DNA of 64,000 nt from the NCBI RefSeq assembly GCF_001194135.2, contig NC_068995.1:19353564-19417563 (forward strand), read 5' to 3'. The DNA is from Octopus bimaculoides (Eukaryota). This document shows positions 24,948-37,775 of the stretch, in pieces. Below the pieces are notes generated by a model. The model was not told the origin of the DNA and did no database searches. It saw only the letters and a program-made list of their open reading frames with translations. Position 1 is the stretch's first letter. Every line of letters begins with the position of its first letter. Made by a program: the position numbers and the translations under genes.

Positions 24948-27112
24948 ATGTATGTATGTATGTGTGTATGTATACATACATTTATATATAAATATACTTA
25001 GAGTTTAATAAACGTTTGTAGTGAAGCGATAAATTAGCAATTGGTTTCCAGGAAGATAGGATTTCTTTGAAACTTTTTAGCAATTCATCAAATTATATGG
25101 AAAATTTTCTCTTTTTGTTTTCTTTTTTTCCATATACTAAGTACATGTCACACTGAGTATTAGTTAATTTTGTTTTGCAATATGGAATTTTGGAAATACC
25201 TGGACTCAAATATGGCTTTTTCTTTTTTTATTTCTATTACGTGTAAATTATTTTATAGCTGATGCATATTTGTGTGGGTTAGTCACTCGTTTATTGTGTA
25301 CCGTCTGAGAACCAACTCTGAGCAATTCGATTTGATCTTATTTTCGTCGCTGTATCTAGTAATATATCATTCCGTGTGTCTTTTGTTGTTTCAATACGAT
25401 AGTCTACTTGATCTGCTGTTGATTTTGGTGGGCAGATAATTCTAAGTTCAATAGTTCACTAAGTGTTTCCTTCATTGCAGGCCGGTTTAAAATTCACAGT
25501 AAATTTGAATGTGCAGCATAGATTCATTTTTCGTTTGATGATGTTTCTCTTTGCTAACGTTCCTAAACATCTTTGGAAAAGTCATAACCGTCGCTATATC
25601 TAGTTCCTGTTTTGCATGACATGCCAGCTCTTTATGTCTCACAGCACAAATAAATAAATGAATAAATTTCGAAGTAACAGTTATAAATCTGTTGTTCGAG
25701 CAGTCATAGGTTATCTATTGTGAACACATATTGTATATAGTTAATCAATCGAACTTTTATGTACGATGTACGCATACATATCCACCAAAGTTCCTTTCAT
25801 ATGTCTGCTTGTGTATCATTGTGCACATTCTAACATTTAGCCTTTAATTGTACGTCGTGCAATGGCGTTCCTTATCCATGTATTCACAGGTATCTCATCT
25901 GTCTCTGGATTACAGTAGTAGTTGTATTAGTTGTTCTTGTCGTTACTTGGTCATGCAGTTGAGGAGTATATGTATTATTGCAATACCTAGTGTTGTTGTT
26001 GCGTGTGCAGTTTTTCATGATATCATTCTCGTTTTTGCTGTTTTTGTTCCAGTTTTGGCTACTTTTATTGTTGCACTTGTGCCTTTTCTAGTTGCAGTTA
26101 TTTTCTTTTCCACCCCACCTATAACGTCTTACTACTTGACACAGTTTCCTTCTTATTTTCCTCGTGAAATCGATGAAGCAGCGGGTGTAGTAAGGGATGA
26201 TGGTTACTGTATTTGGGTGTATATGTGAAGTTTCTGCGAATGCTAGTTTTTAGATTAATCAGAACAGTATGTATTGTAACAATTTACTATATTTATCTCC
26301 ATTTGTTTTCATAATTCCCAGCTGAACACTAACACTGGAAATTTAAACATTGTAGTGTATTATAAAAAAAAAATTACTTCATATATTATAAAGTTATAAA
26401 ACAAAAGTAAAGATAACAAAATTGTTAATTCTAAAAGAAGTAGCAAAAACTGAAGATAATTCAAGATCTGTACGAATGCAATCAAAATACCTCTCTGTTC
26501 TAAATAAGCAGACAGAAAAACTGCGAAGAAGAATTTCTTATATAATAAGAGCGAAGAATTGTTCGACAAAACACAGTGAAAGCCATAAATTACACTGCAG
26601 TTTCAGAGATCGGAATGTAATGAACTCGGTCCAACACAGGCAAACCGAATGGTAGGTCATTAACCGAAAGAATAACAATATATCTAGTACCAATAACGGG
26701 GAATCAGAAAATATGTAGAACTATCACGAGTTATCCTTTGAGGTGAGTAACAAAAGGTAAGGTTACGAGGTGAAGATTGCGCTATTTGTGACGGACTGCT
26801 TAAATGAACATAACTGAGAGAGGGGGAAAAAAGAGAAAGAGTCACAGACAACGCAGACAAAGAGAGGGTGGAGTTGAAGAGTGAGCAAAGCCATTAAAAG
26901 AGTTACGGAAGTAGACTGTCAAAAACGGAAACGCAAGTTGTATAAGTGCGCAACAATACTCAGGAGGCTATTATATAAAATTGACCAGACTGAATCAACT
27001 GAAAATACACAATTGAACGTATTCTATTCGCTGTGATTTTATTCACAAAGATGTGAACATTTAGAAAGCTGGTTCACTTTCAGTGTGATGCTGGTTACGA
27101 AGGAAAACAAAA

Positions 27113-27335
27113 TAGTAATAAAAGTAATTTCGTAGTGATATAGATAGTAGGAAGACAGTTCTATGTGACTTTACATACTCACACATACACATATATACTA
27201 ACACATGCACATATATATATATATACATGCATAGTTAGAATTCCTCAAGAAAAACATTTTCGCGCAAGGTACCTAGCAAATGATCTATATGCGTTAGCGC
27301 GCGTGTACATATGTTTGTGTGTAAACATGTGTATA
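27113..27335 (+). repeat. Old direct duplication, paralog at 29544-29830
   Basis: Shared agtaggaagacagttctatgt.actttacatactcacacata and tagttagaat...gcgcgtgta.atat blocks. Confidence 0.8.
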
Positions 27336-27387
27336 TCTATCTATCCATACGCATATGCACACACACACGCACACGCACACACACACA

Positions 27388-27423
<36 letters not shown>

Positions 27424-27607
27424 TATATATATATATATCTACATATATGACTATGAAGAGAAACAGAGAGAGATAATCACTCTGAACCATATCTCTTCGT
27501 ACATTTTCGTTTAAATTTTACAAGTTAAGTTGTGACATTCTTATCTCTCTCTCTCTCTCTCTCACTCTCTCTCTCTCTCTCTCTCCCTCTCTTAATATAT
27601 GTGTGTG

Positions 27608-27646
<39 letters not shown>

Positions 27647-28018
27647 ACGTGCGTCTGTGTGTGTGCGTCACGTCTGGTGACATATATGTAATGGCTGTAC
27701 TACTGATTATATCTAATAATGTAGAAATAGTAGTTCTCATCAGTAACATGTCTCCCGCTAATCGGATGTCTCTTCCTGCACAGCGTATCTCTTTTCTTTC
27801 TAGTATTTCTTTTGCATGAGATTATCCGAACTCAACATATCACATTTGCCACAAGGATTTTGTTTATTCCTCTCCCAAAGGGAAAATAATATCAATAAAT
27901 TAATAATTTGGTTCGTATTGTATGTAAAACAACTTAATTTGCCTTTTTTTTATATTCATTTCACTGTCAACTACGATCTATCTCTCTTAGCTCATTCTAG
28001 TTTAAATTGTATGCATAC

Positions 28019-28066
<48 letters not shown>

Positions 28067-28710
28067 TTATATATGTATCTGTAAGCATGTATACATGCTT
28101 ACACACACACACATGCGCACATGCATATATATGGGTATACTTATCTGTGTGCGCGCACATCTATGTATACATGTACGGATGCATGTACGTATGCATGTTT
28201 GTATGTATGTATTATCAATGGAAATTGCGTTACGTGATTAAAGATTTTGTCATCTTCGCTACCCAAATGGGAATCGAAATTCTTTACGAACTTACCATAT
28301 ATTACAGAGATGCTAAAACTTCAACTATAACAAAACAATAACAGTAATGGTATCGATATTACTGATATTGCCGTTCTTAGAAGCGATGTTAGTGGCGGTG
28401 GCGCTGGTTAGTGTATAGTGGCGATGACACACTTCATGATGATGATGATGATGATGATGATGTTGATGATGACGACGACGATGATGACACTGATGATGAT
28501 TCTTATTGTATTATTACCAAGAGACAAGAACAATTACATATATATATATATATATATATATACTTACTTGATAGTGTCTATAGAAAAAGCAGCAATGGCT
28601 TTAACGCTACGTGGTTTATCGGAAAGTAGGAAGACATAAACATCACCCAATCTCATTTGCTCACATTTTATATAGAAGCTGAGGACTTCTAACTAATACG
28701 GGAAATCAAT

Positions 28711-29745
28711 CTATCGATCTTGGACGAATGAAAGGCAAAGCCACCCTACATATAGTTTTGAGACTAGATCACTGGCGTATACAGACAGATATCGTAATTG
28801 TATACAATGACAATAAAAACAGAATTGAATTGAATACATACTGCAAAGCATTCAGTTTGTTTCTTTACCATTGACTGTGTCTGATAATATTTGCCACTAT
28901 GGCATGACACTTCAAACGTGCTTTGTTTTGTTTTGTGTTTTTCATGATAGGAAATAGAAATTCAAGATCGCTAACGGGGTTTCCAATCCCATGATGTCTA
29001 ACTTCCCGAATATTCCAATGCTATTTCATTAAATATTTGGGTTTTTTTTTTTATGTTTTAATATTTTACTCTGGAAGAAGAACCTTATAGTTCGCTTGAA
29101 GCATTGCAGCATAGAAGTAAAATAATGAACGGAAAGGTAAGGGGGAAAGCTACTAACACTGCAGAAAAGAGCCGTTATATATTTCAGGCAAAAGAAGGAT
29201 ACTTTCAAAGAAATGTGCGTCTATGTAGATCCTGCCAGGCAGGATCTACTGAGTCACATATTTCTTTGACTGTATCCTTTATGTTCTTCAATTTCCTTCT
29301 CTTCATTTTGAAAACCTTTTCTTATGTCCTTTTCTGTTTATTACTTTATTAAAGATTAATAATAATGGTGAGCCGTCAGGATCGGTAAAGCATCGAGAAA
29401 ATTGCTTGGCGATATTTATTTCAGACACTTATGCTCTGATTTTAAAATTCAGGCGAAGTCTAAGTTGTTTTCATTCTTTCGGCCTCAATGGTGTCGACAA
29501 CGCCACTTTCCTCAAAATTGATGGTCTTGTACATAAAGCGGGAATATAATAGAAGTACTTTCGTACGGATAGACAGTAGGAAGACAGTTCTATGTAACTT
29601 TACATACTCACACATATACACACACGCTAACTCATGCACACACATATATACATATACATATACATATCTGTCTGTATACGCCAGTGATCTAGTCTCAAAA
29701 CTATATGTAGGGTGGCTTTGCCTTTCATTCGTCCAAGATCGATAG
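28711..29745. repeat. Perfect 82-bp inverted repeat (28711-28792 / 29664-29745)
   Basis: Base-by-base reverse complement identity; arms 871 bp apart. Confidence 0.95.
29364..29460 (+). mobile_element. SINE family A, decayed 5' half
   Basis: Weak match to the head region. Confidence 0.5.
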
Positions 29746-30416
29746 TTAGAATGCTTCAAAAAAGCATGGTTCAAGTATTCTAAATGCGTTTGAGCGCGTG
29801 TATATGTGTTTTTGTGTAAACTTGTGTATAGCACCAATCTCGTTCAAAGCATTCAAAATATGTAAAGAGAAACAGTTGTAAGAATTCACGTGACATACGC
29901 AGTAGAGCACTATGAAGCGGTCCATGGAAATACCGAAACTGTAATTGAATGTATCAGCGTTTATTTTTGAACTTAATTATTCACAAATTACTAAACGTAA
30001 TGCAAAAAAATTTCTACGGTCATTTCCATTATTTGTGTTGGGCATCGACTAAAAGAAACGGATTACTTGTACTAATATATATTTATATGGATATAATAGC
30101 ACACACTCAAATTATCGATATACAAAAATGCATATATATATATATATGCATACCAATATGTATAAGTGAGGGCGAGCGAAGATATGTATGCGTACGGAAT
30201 GTGTTCCTTTTTTTAGTGCGTGAATTGTCATGTGTGTATTTGTTTGTGTGTGTATGCTGGCATGGTGGATATGGTTGCGTACATGTGTCCGTATGGTTGA
30301 TTACATCGCTCACAAAGTGAATGCATTAGTCTACCTTTAAAACAATGGAATAAATTTATACAAAGACATATTTTTATATACCAAATTAAGCAATATGGGT
30401 GTGTGCTCATACATAA

Positions 30417-30458
<42 letters not shown>

Positions 30459-30779
30459 TACAGTTATTTCACCCTATATCCACATTAACAATGAGAACTA
30501 CTCTATAATTCCAAATCCATTGTGAATTCTATTCCCGTTATTGATTGTGTGTGAGTAGGCGCCATCACGCACAGGTGTGTGTAAAACACGAATTATGGGG
30601 GAACCCGATCATACAGATGTAACAATTTGTCTGCGATCATTCGACCATACGGACATATTGCACCTACATATATACATACATACACAAACAAATTTATCCA
30701 TAAGGAACAAAACCCGAAAACGTGGTAAAAATAAAAACAAATAGGGTTTATGAGGCTGATCCTCCTGAAAATTTGAAGT

Positions 30780-30815
30780 CTTTAGCCTTTCGAGCGTATG
30801 TTCGTCTTCAAAAAG
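30780..30815 (-). ncRNA. Degenerate hammerhead-like motif
   Basis: Minus: TTGAAGA-CGAAC/ATAC/GCTC-GAAA-GGC-TA-AAG; one core and one stem II substitution away from a minimal type I HHR. Confidence 0.3.
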
Positions 30816-31916
30816 GATACATGAGGAAAGAAATACAGGGACACGTGCTTGCGCGCGGCGTGCGCATGCATTTGTGTGTGTATTGCTGAAAGGCTGCATG
30901 GAAAGACAACAACGGACCATTTAGAAAACAGAAAAATCTCACAGAGGACGTTTACACACTCATCACCCACCAATCAGTTATAGACAAAACGTCATCAGAG
31001 TTTCGATGCCTTATCGATAGCACTTATGCTTTTTAGTAGCATATGGCTTACCGTTTTAGTTTCGCTTGTTCAATATAGAAAAGTCTTCAAGAGTACCTGA
31101 AACGTTTTTATTTCACTTTCAAAGAATTCAAACATACTCACACAACAGCTAGTGGCTCTACCAAACAACAACGAATTTCTTCTGTATTTCACCCGGGTAG
31201 GACAAACTACTTAATCTCCTTCAAAGTGCATCATTATATCTTAAAAATAGAAGGTCGTATTCCACAACGTATGTAATACACTAAGAAATAAATCCAATTG
31301 ACTATCTCGGTTCAGTTACCTTTAAACATATTTCTTGTACACTAGGCAGCACTTAAAGGTAAATAATTACAGATGATTCTAAAACTCTGAGTGAGTCTTA
31401 AAGACTTGTATTCATATAAGTTTTAGGAGATGAAACAATTGAAGTCATTTTTGAAGCTACATCGGTCTGTTGATAGGGCTATTACTTGAGAAGAGCTGTG
31501 CAATACTCTTTATACATTAAGTACCTTGCCAAACATAATGCCATTTACGCTGTATCTATGAGTAACAAGCATTTTCTAGTCAAATAAGTCGGCCATTTTG
31601 CTTTTATATTTTACAAATAAACTGGGTGAAAAAAATAAATATGTATATAGGTTGAAAAATATTCAAAAACTAGAGCAAAATATGCCTAGGGAGAGATATA
31701 TTTCTTTTATACTGAAATATTTGTTATGTTTTCTTGTTGAGAGAAAACAAAGCTAAAAGCTAAAATAGAATGTTACGTATTAAAAAAAATGTCCGTGATA
31801 AATACAAACGTTAAATTTAAAAATAGACGTATTTTAGTTTATTGAATAGTTTTTATTTTTAACTTATCAAACATTCTTTGTGAAGATGAAATAAAATTGT
31901 CTCAGTCTTTCTCTAG

Positions 31917-31989
31917 AGGCTTCGATTTTAAATAAATATTGGAGAAACGCCCGAGGTTTCGATGTTCATTATGACTATGCGTATGTAAG
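31917..31989 (+). CDS. Candidate internal exon (73 nt)
   Basis: Acceptor tctttctctag, donor AAG|GTAAGT; single open frame ASILNKYWRNARGFDVHYDYAYV. Confidence 0.35.
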
Positions 31990-32156
31990 GTAAGTATACG
32001 GCTTCTATGTTTGTAGCAATTCCTATTTATTTATTTTTTGTTTGCTTCAAAATTTACGATTTTTTCAATTTTATTGTTGTTGTTGTTGTTGCTGTTTTTA
32101 TTGTTTTTGTTGCTGCTGTTGTTGTTGTTACTTTTGTTCTCGTTATAGTTGTTCTT

Positions 32157-32605
32157 AGGGCAGCGAGGTGGCTGAATCCTTAAGCACGCCGGGCAAAATG
32201 CTTAGCGTATTTCGTCCAGTTTACATTCTGAGTTCAAGTCCCATCGCCTCCGACTTTGCCTATCATCCTTTCAGGGTTCATAAAATAATAATCAGTTGAG
32301 CACCGAGGTCAATGTAAACGAGGTAGCCCTCCCCAGAAGTTGCTGGCCTTGTGCCAAAATTTGAAACCATTGTTGTTGTTTTTGTTATTAAAGCAACGGG
32401 CTGGGTGAATAGTTAGGTATTGAACAAATTTCTGAACAGCATTTCTTTCGCCGCCTTAGATTATTAGATGAAATGCCAATGAATTCGACTTTTCCTTTAA
32501 TCTTTATAGGGTCGATAAAATAAGTGCCAATCAAGCAGTGGGTTCTCTGTTATCGACTAGCGCCTCTCTGTAAAAGTGTTAGCCTCGAGACAAAATTAGA
32601 AAGGC
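32157..32605 (+). mobile_element. Two head-to-tail SINE A copies
   Basis: Full copy 32157-32370 followed by older copy 32390-32605; preceded by (GTT)n. Confidence 0.8.
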
Positions 32606-33619
32606 ATACAGTTATTATCGGAGTATTAGTTGTTTTGGTACTATTGTTGCTGCCGTCTTTGCCGCTGCTGCTGCTGCTGCTATTGCTGTAAAATGTTACA
32701 GTCCCTAGAACATCTTTACAAGATATGTTCTCTAAAGGATATTCGGAGGATTTTCTTTCCCTTTACAAATTGTTCCGAAATATTTTTACCCTCCACGATG
32801 TTGCTTCTGATGAAATAAAATTCTTTTATTTTTTTCGACAATTTTTGCGTGCGTACCTTTTGTTTTGTTCTTAGTAGTTCAGTAAGAACACTTCTGTAGG
32901 AGCAAGGTAAAGTAAAATACATTAGGGAATATCTCCACAGTATCAGTTTTCTAAGCCCCAAAATACAACAGAGAGAGTTACAATATTGAAAACAAACAAT
33001 TAAAAACAGTGTTAGCTTTAAACTGACAGATACAAATGAAAAAGAATAGAGTAGACGCAAACTTAATTTCTAGAATTCTCGGAAGTTCGAACACCTCAAC
33101 TTACATGGGCGATCGTAGTAGAATTGGGTAGATATCGCTTTCTTTCATTTTTACCATGTGGCGACTTTAACGTGCGGTGGATGCAGTTTCATTGTATTAA
33201 TTTCTGAACAACGATCAGTTTATTATAGTGATTTAGAACACAATTTTAGGAAGAATGTTATAGTTATATTAGGAAGACATTCGAAATCGAGAAATTTAAT
33301 ATGATGGAAATGAAACGGGGAAAATTCATAAAATGAACTCGAATAAAATTTACCCGTTGCCGAGAATAGAAAATAATTTCAAGTAGAAAAATCGCATAAG
33401 AATTACGGAGTGCTGGAGAGAGACTAAAAGTATAAACATAACAAAAGTTTTCTGTAAAGAATGTTTTCACACAATGAAATTTTTTTCATAATCGATATTG
33501 AATGTCATGAAAATCATTCAATCAATACAATTTTGAACTTCTTATATTGGAAAGTTGCAGACTTAAAAAGAGGTTTAATTTACGTCGGTGAGACAGTATA
33601 ACTAGAGAAAACATTTTCT

Positions 33620-33940
33620 CCAAGTTTGTTGATACTCAATGTAAGAAACGGAGAAATGCGGAAAATAAACTAAGCGAACTTTGAAAGACAGAAACTTCAT
33701 CCTTTGTTATTGAAAAGAACAAAGAAAATAGGGAATGGCAAGAAGAGTTCATCCTGGAGAGTTCATCCTGGAAAAGATAATTGAAGAAAAAGATGGAGGG
33801 AATAATTTTATGACCCCAGGTTGTAATTGTAGATTGGATGAAGCAGTACTGTTCGCCCAATGTTAGAATTTGGGAATATTCAAAGGTGGTTGCCTTTCAC
33901 GTTGTATCTGAGTGTCCATATTTTACATAGAAAGTACGCA
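33620..33940 (-). mobile_element. Possible highly decayed mariner transposase C-terminus
   Basis: Minus: GRTVLLHPIYNYNLGS*NY...HLFL...SITKDEV loosely resembles GWxVLxHPxYSPDLAPSDYHLF...FFxSK. Confidence 0.35.
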
Positions 33941-34204
33941 AAAAACGTGGACATGACAATACTCTTGAAATAATTCTCTAGGATTGTTTCAAGTTATTGG
34001 GTTTTGCATACACAGAAAATAGTTATGGCCATTTTGTGAGCAAAAAAAAGTAAGTACACGAATGGAAGAACTCTAATTTAAAATCTGAGAAGACTATTAG
34101 ACATAACAAAGAGTATAATGCCCGAAAAATGCCACGAAGCATTTTCTCCAGGATTTTTTTTAAATGCCAGTTCACCGCAATATATAATAACAATAATTCA
34201 TTCT

Positions 34205-34695
34205 GTTATTGGCACAAAACCTGAAATCTTGTGGAAGAGATACTCGGTTACATCGACCCAGTACCTATCAATCGGTACTTAATTTATCGACCTCGAAATG
34301 ATGAAAAACAAAGTACACCTCAGTGATATTTGAACTCAGAACATAAAGGTAGAAGAAATGCCGCTAAACATATTGTGCGCTTCAGTCCAGTGTAGAGCTC
34401 ACTGCCTTAATAATCCTTTCAACATTAGCAAAAAGCCTGAAAGTCTGCAGAGCAGAGGTAATTGGGTACACAGACTCCAGTGCTCAACGAGTAACGAAAC
34501 ATAATTCTTTAAATTTCGGCAATAGTCCAGCAACTTCAGCAGAATGGGAAAATCAATTAGATCGAGCCCTGTACTGTACGATTACTTATTTTATCAACGC
34601 TTAAAGAATGAAATGTAATGTTCTGGGTAAAATTTCAACTAGGGACGATTCAAAGCCGCACGAAATACTGCAAAAGATTTTGTTCCATTTGCTAC
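34205..34695 (-). mobile_element. Cluster of minus-strand SINE A copies/fragments
   Basis: Full copy 34205-34410; fragments at 34415-34480 and 34505-34695. Confidence 0.7.
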
Positions 34696-34741
34696 GAGCA
34701 AAATACCGCTAAGTATTTCTTCTGGCGCGCGTTGCCTTTAC

Positions 34742-34771
34742 AATGATTATGATGATTATGATGACGCTGAC

Positions 34772-34815
<44 letters not shown>

Positions 34816-34829
34816 TGATGATGATGATA

Positions 34830-34872
<43 letters not shown>
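34742..34872. repeat. Compound (GAT)n/(GAC)n microsatellite
   Basis: Direct reading. Confidence 0.95.
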
Positions 34873-34873
<1 letters not shown>

Positions 34874-34899
34874 ATATTAAGATCTTGGAAAAATTGAGC

Positions 34900-35410
34900 A
34901 ATGTTTAATAGGAAACTGGAGAAATGGGAAAAAGACCGACCGATAAAAATTAGAGAAGAAATATAAAATACGAAAGAACGGGCTTGATGCAGTAACAGCG
35001 TTAAAACAGAGGATCATGGCAAAAAGCCAGAAGATCAGAAGATTTATAAACAGAAATAAGTAGTTCAATGAGAACAGATTGTTCAAAAATAACCCGCAGC
35101 AATTCTTCCCAAAGTTATAAAGAGACAATGGGGAAAATGCTGCTCCTGATGCAAATCAAATCAAGGAGTTCTGGAGCAGATTATGGGGAAAATATGAGGT
35201 GCATAAAAGGGATGCAATATGGATAAGAAATATCATGACAGAATTACAAGGAGAAAAGAAACAAAGGAATATTTTCATAAGCACGGGTGATGTGAAAGAA
35301 AAGTGGATAAAGTACCTAACTGGAACAACCCCGGACCAAATGGGATTCATGGATTCTGGCTGAAGAGGTACCACGTGGTGCATGAAAGACTAGCAGACCA
35401 ATTGAGTGAG
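34900..35410 (+). mobile_element. R4/Dong-clade non-LTR fragment (pre-RT region)
   Basis: LKQRIMAKSQKIRRF...NRLFKNNPQQFF...IKEFWSRLWG...PNWNNPGPNGIHGFWLKR...HERLADQL. Confidence 0.85.
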
Positions 35411-35417
35411 GGGAGGC

Positions 35418-35540
35418 GAACAACAACAGGAACATGAGCAACAACAACAACAAGGAGGAGGAGGAGGAGGAGAACAACAGGAACAAGAGCAACAACAACA
35501 GCATCAACAACAACAACAACAATAATAATAATAATGATGA

Positions 35541-35599
<59 letters not shown>

Positions 35600-36105
35600 T
35601 TACAATTATGTATTTCCAACATTTTCTTAATATTATGGTTCATATTGTTATTGTTGTTATTTCTATTATGTTTCACGTTATGATGTCATTCAAAATGTTC
35701 CTGTTGCTATTATATTTTAGTTGTGATTCGTACTAACGTAACTTGTTTCATGTAATATATAGAAAAATATGCTATTCCTGTAAGCTATTTATTTATAGCA
35801 TCGCCAAATACAATTGGCATTTCCAACGATTAACATTTCCGACAAAAGAACAAAGAACAGAAAATAAAGAGAAACACTGATTTCATGTTGGCCTTCATTC
35901 AGGAAAAAAATTTAAAATACATTTTTGCGTGAATGTTTCATCATCACCATCATCGTCATCATCATCATCAGCAGCAGCAGCAGCATCATCTCCATCATCA
36001 TCACCTTCTTCTTCTTCTCCTTCTTCTTCTTCTTCTTCTTCTTCTTCTTCTTCTTCTTCTTCTTCTTCTTCTTTTTCTTCTTCTTCTTCCTTTTCCCCTC
36101 CTCCC
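35418..36105. repeat. Compound trinucleotide microsatellites (CAA/GGA/AAT; CAT/CAG/TTC)
   Basis: Direct reading. Confidence 0.9.
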
Positions 36106-36517
36106 NNNNNNNNNNNNNNNNNNNNNNNNNNNNNNNNNNNNNNNNNNNNNNNNNNNNNNNNNNNNNNNNNNNNNNNNNNNNNNNNNNNNNNNNNNNNNNN
36201 NNNNNNNNNNNNNNNNNNNNNNNNNNNNNNNNNNNNNNNNNNNNNNNNNNNNNNNNNNNNNNNNNNNNNNNNNNNNNNNNNNNNNNNNNNNNNNNNNNNN
36301 NNNNNNNNNNNNNNNNNNNNNNNNNNNNNNNNNNNNNNNNNNNNNNNNNNNNNNNNNNNNNNNNNNNNNNNNNNNNNNNNNNNNNNNNNNNNNNNNNNNN
36401 NNNNNNNNNNNNNNNNNNNNNNNNNNNNNNNNNNNNNNNNNNNNNNNNNNNNNNNNNNNNNNNNNNNNNNNNNNNNNNNNNNNNNNNNNNNNNNNNNNNN
36501 NNNNNNNNNNNNNNNNN

Positions 36518-36807
36518 GTGAATTATTCAAATACCAAAGAATTCCTCTCAACTCAAAACTATGATGACCTCATTACTTCTGCTCGTGATCAGAGATGCAC
36601 AAATCGTCAGCCATAAAGAGACATACTCAAGTGGTTAACTGACACGCTCAACTGACAAACAAATCTGTGGTATTGAGCAGAATATTTTTGTAAGACAAAA
36701 CAATGTACATGATAACACTTCCAATCATTTAAGATCAGAAGCCATGAGACCCAATGCCTGGTTCTGCATTAGGGCATAGCCTGTCCATCGTACTGTATCA
36801 TTATTAC

Positions 36808-36872
<65 letters not shown>

Positions 36873-37275
36873 GAGCAGTGCATGCCATCAAAGTGACACT
36901 GGGGTAAAATATACGAAGCCCACTATACCCATCATGACTACCCGTCTGATAAGGGTACACCAGCCACATGCATCACAACCATATGTGCGCGACATGGTGA
37001 TCTCATATGAAAATAAACAGCGCATGACCTCCCAGGCGGGGCCCACATAGAATTTTCTTCAGGTCGAGTAGCCCATCCAGCTCAAAAGGTCCTTGAATAA
37101 GGTGTGTTTAAGGATGTTGAGCAAAACAACCATGTTTCCAAAGGGGAATTATTTAAACCCCAAAGAATTCCTCCCAACACATGGCTATGATGGTCCCCTA
37201 CTACTTCTGTTGATAAGAGATGCACATATCGTCAGCCACCAAGACAAAAGAATGTACAGGATAACACTTCCAATC
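36518..37275 (-). mobile_element. Two tandem family D copies
   Basis: 36518-36778 is the 5' half (rest probably in the gap); 36872-37275 is the 3' part with (TAT)n tail at 36801-36871. Confidence 0.8.
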
Positions 37276-37724
37276 AATAAAATATACTAAGCCCAGTAAA
37301 TTTATTTAAATGTGAGTGAATATGTAGGCCAAATGAGTAGGTCTACGCTAAGCTGGTGCTTGTAGGATTGAGACAACGGATAGGAAAATGGCCCTTCCGA
37401 CGTTGCACCCCTACTGAATCTTCTGGATAGTCTGAGCTTGTGTATCATCAAGCAATATCTTTGTTCAATACTTTCGGTGAAAACGAAAATCTGGTAAGCA
37501 CGCACTACACCTCTATACTCTCGGCGTAATAGCCGGAAATTGACGAGGCATACCGGTGTGAAAATGTTCACGCATGCACAAGGAAGGCTGGTGTCACCTC
37601 TCACCAAATGAATTCTTGTCGTTATATTATTGTTCATTGTTATCGTTTTTATTCTTCACACGTATTTATGTAAATCCCCACTAACCTTTGTTTATTTGTA
37701 AACTCTCTGGCCAATAAGTGAATC

Positions 37725-37771
<47 letters not shown>

Positions 37772-37775
37772 TACT

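Noticed and set aside
25848-26228. 126-aa hydrophobic ORF
   Set aside because: Derived from decayed GTT/GCA/ACT-type low-complexity repeat; no domain recognised.
28296-28577. Two minus-strand segments with strong splice sites (28577-28568, 28324-28296)
   Set aside because: Stops in all frames; could only be UTR or non-coding exons and cannot be supported without transcripts.
30980-31010. GAAAC-t-CTGATGA on the minus strand
   Set aside because: Spacing too short for a type II HHR.
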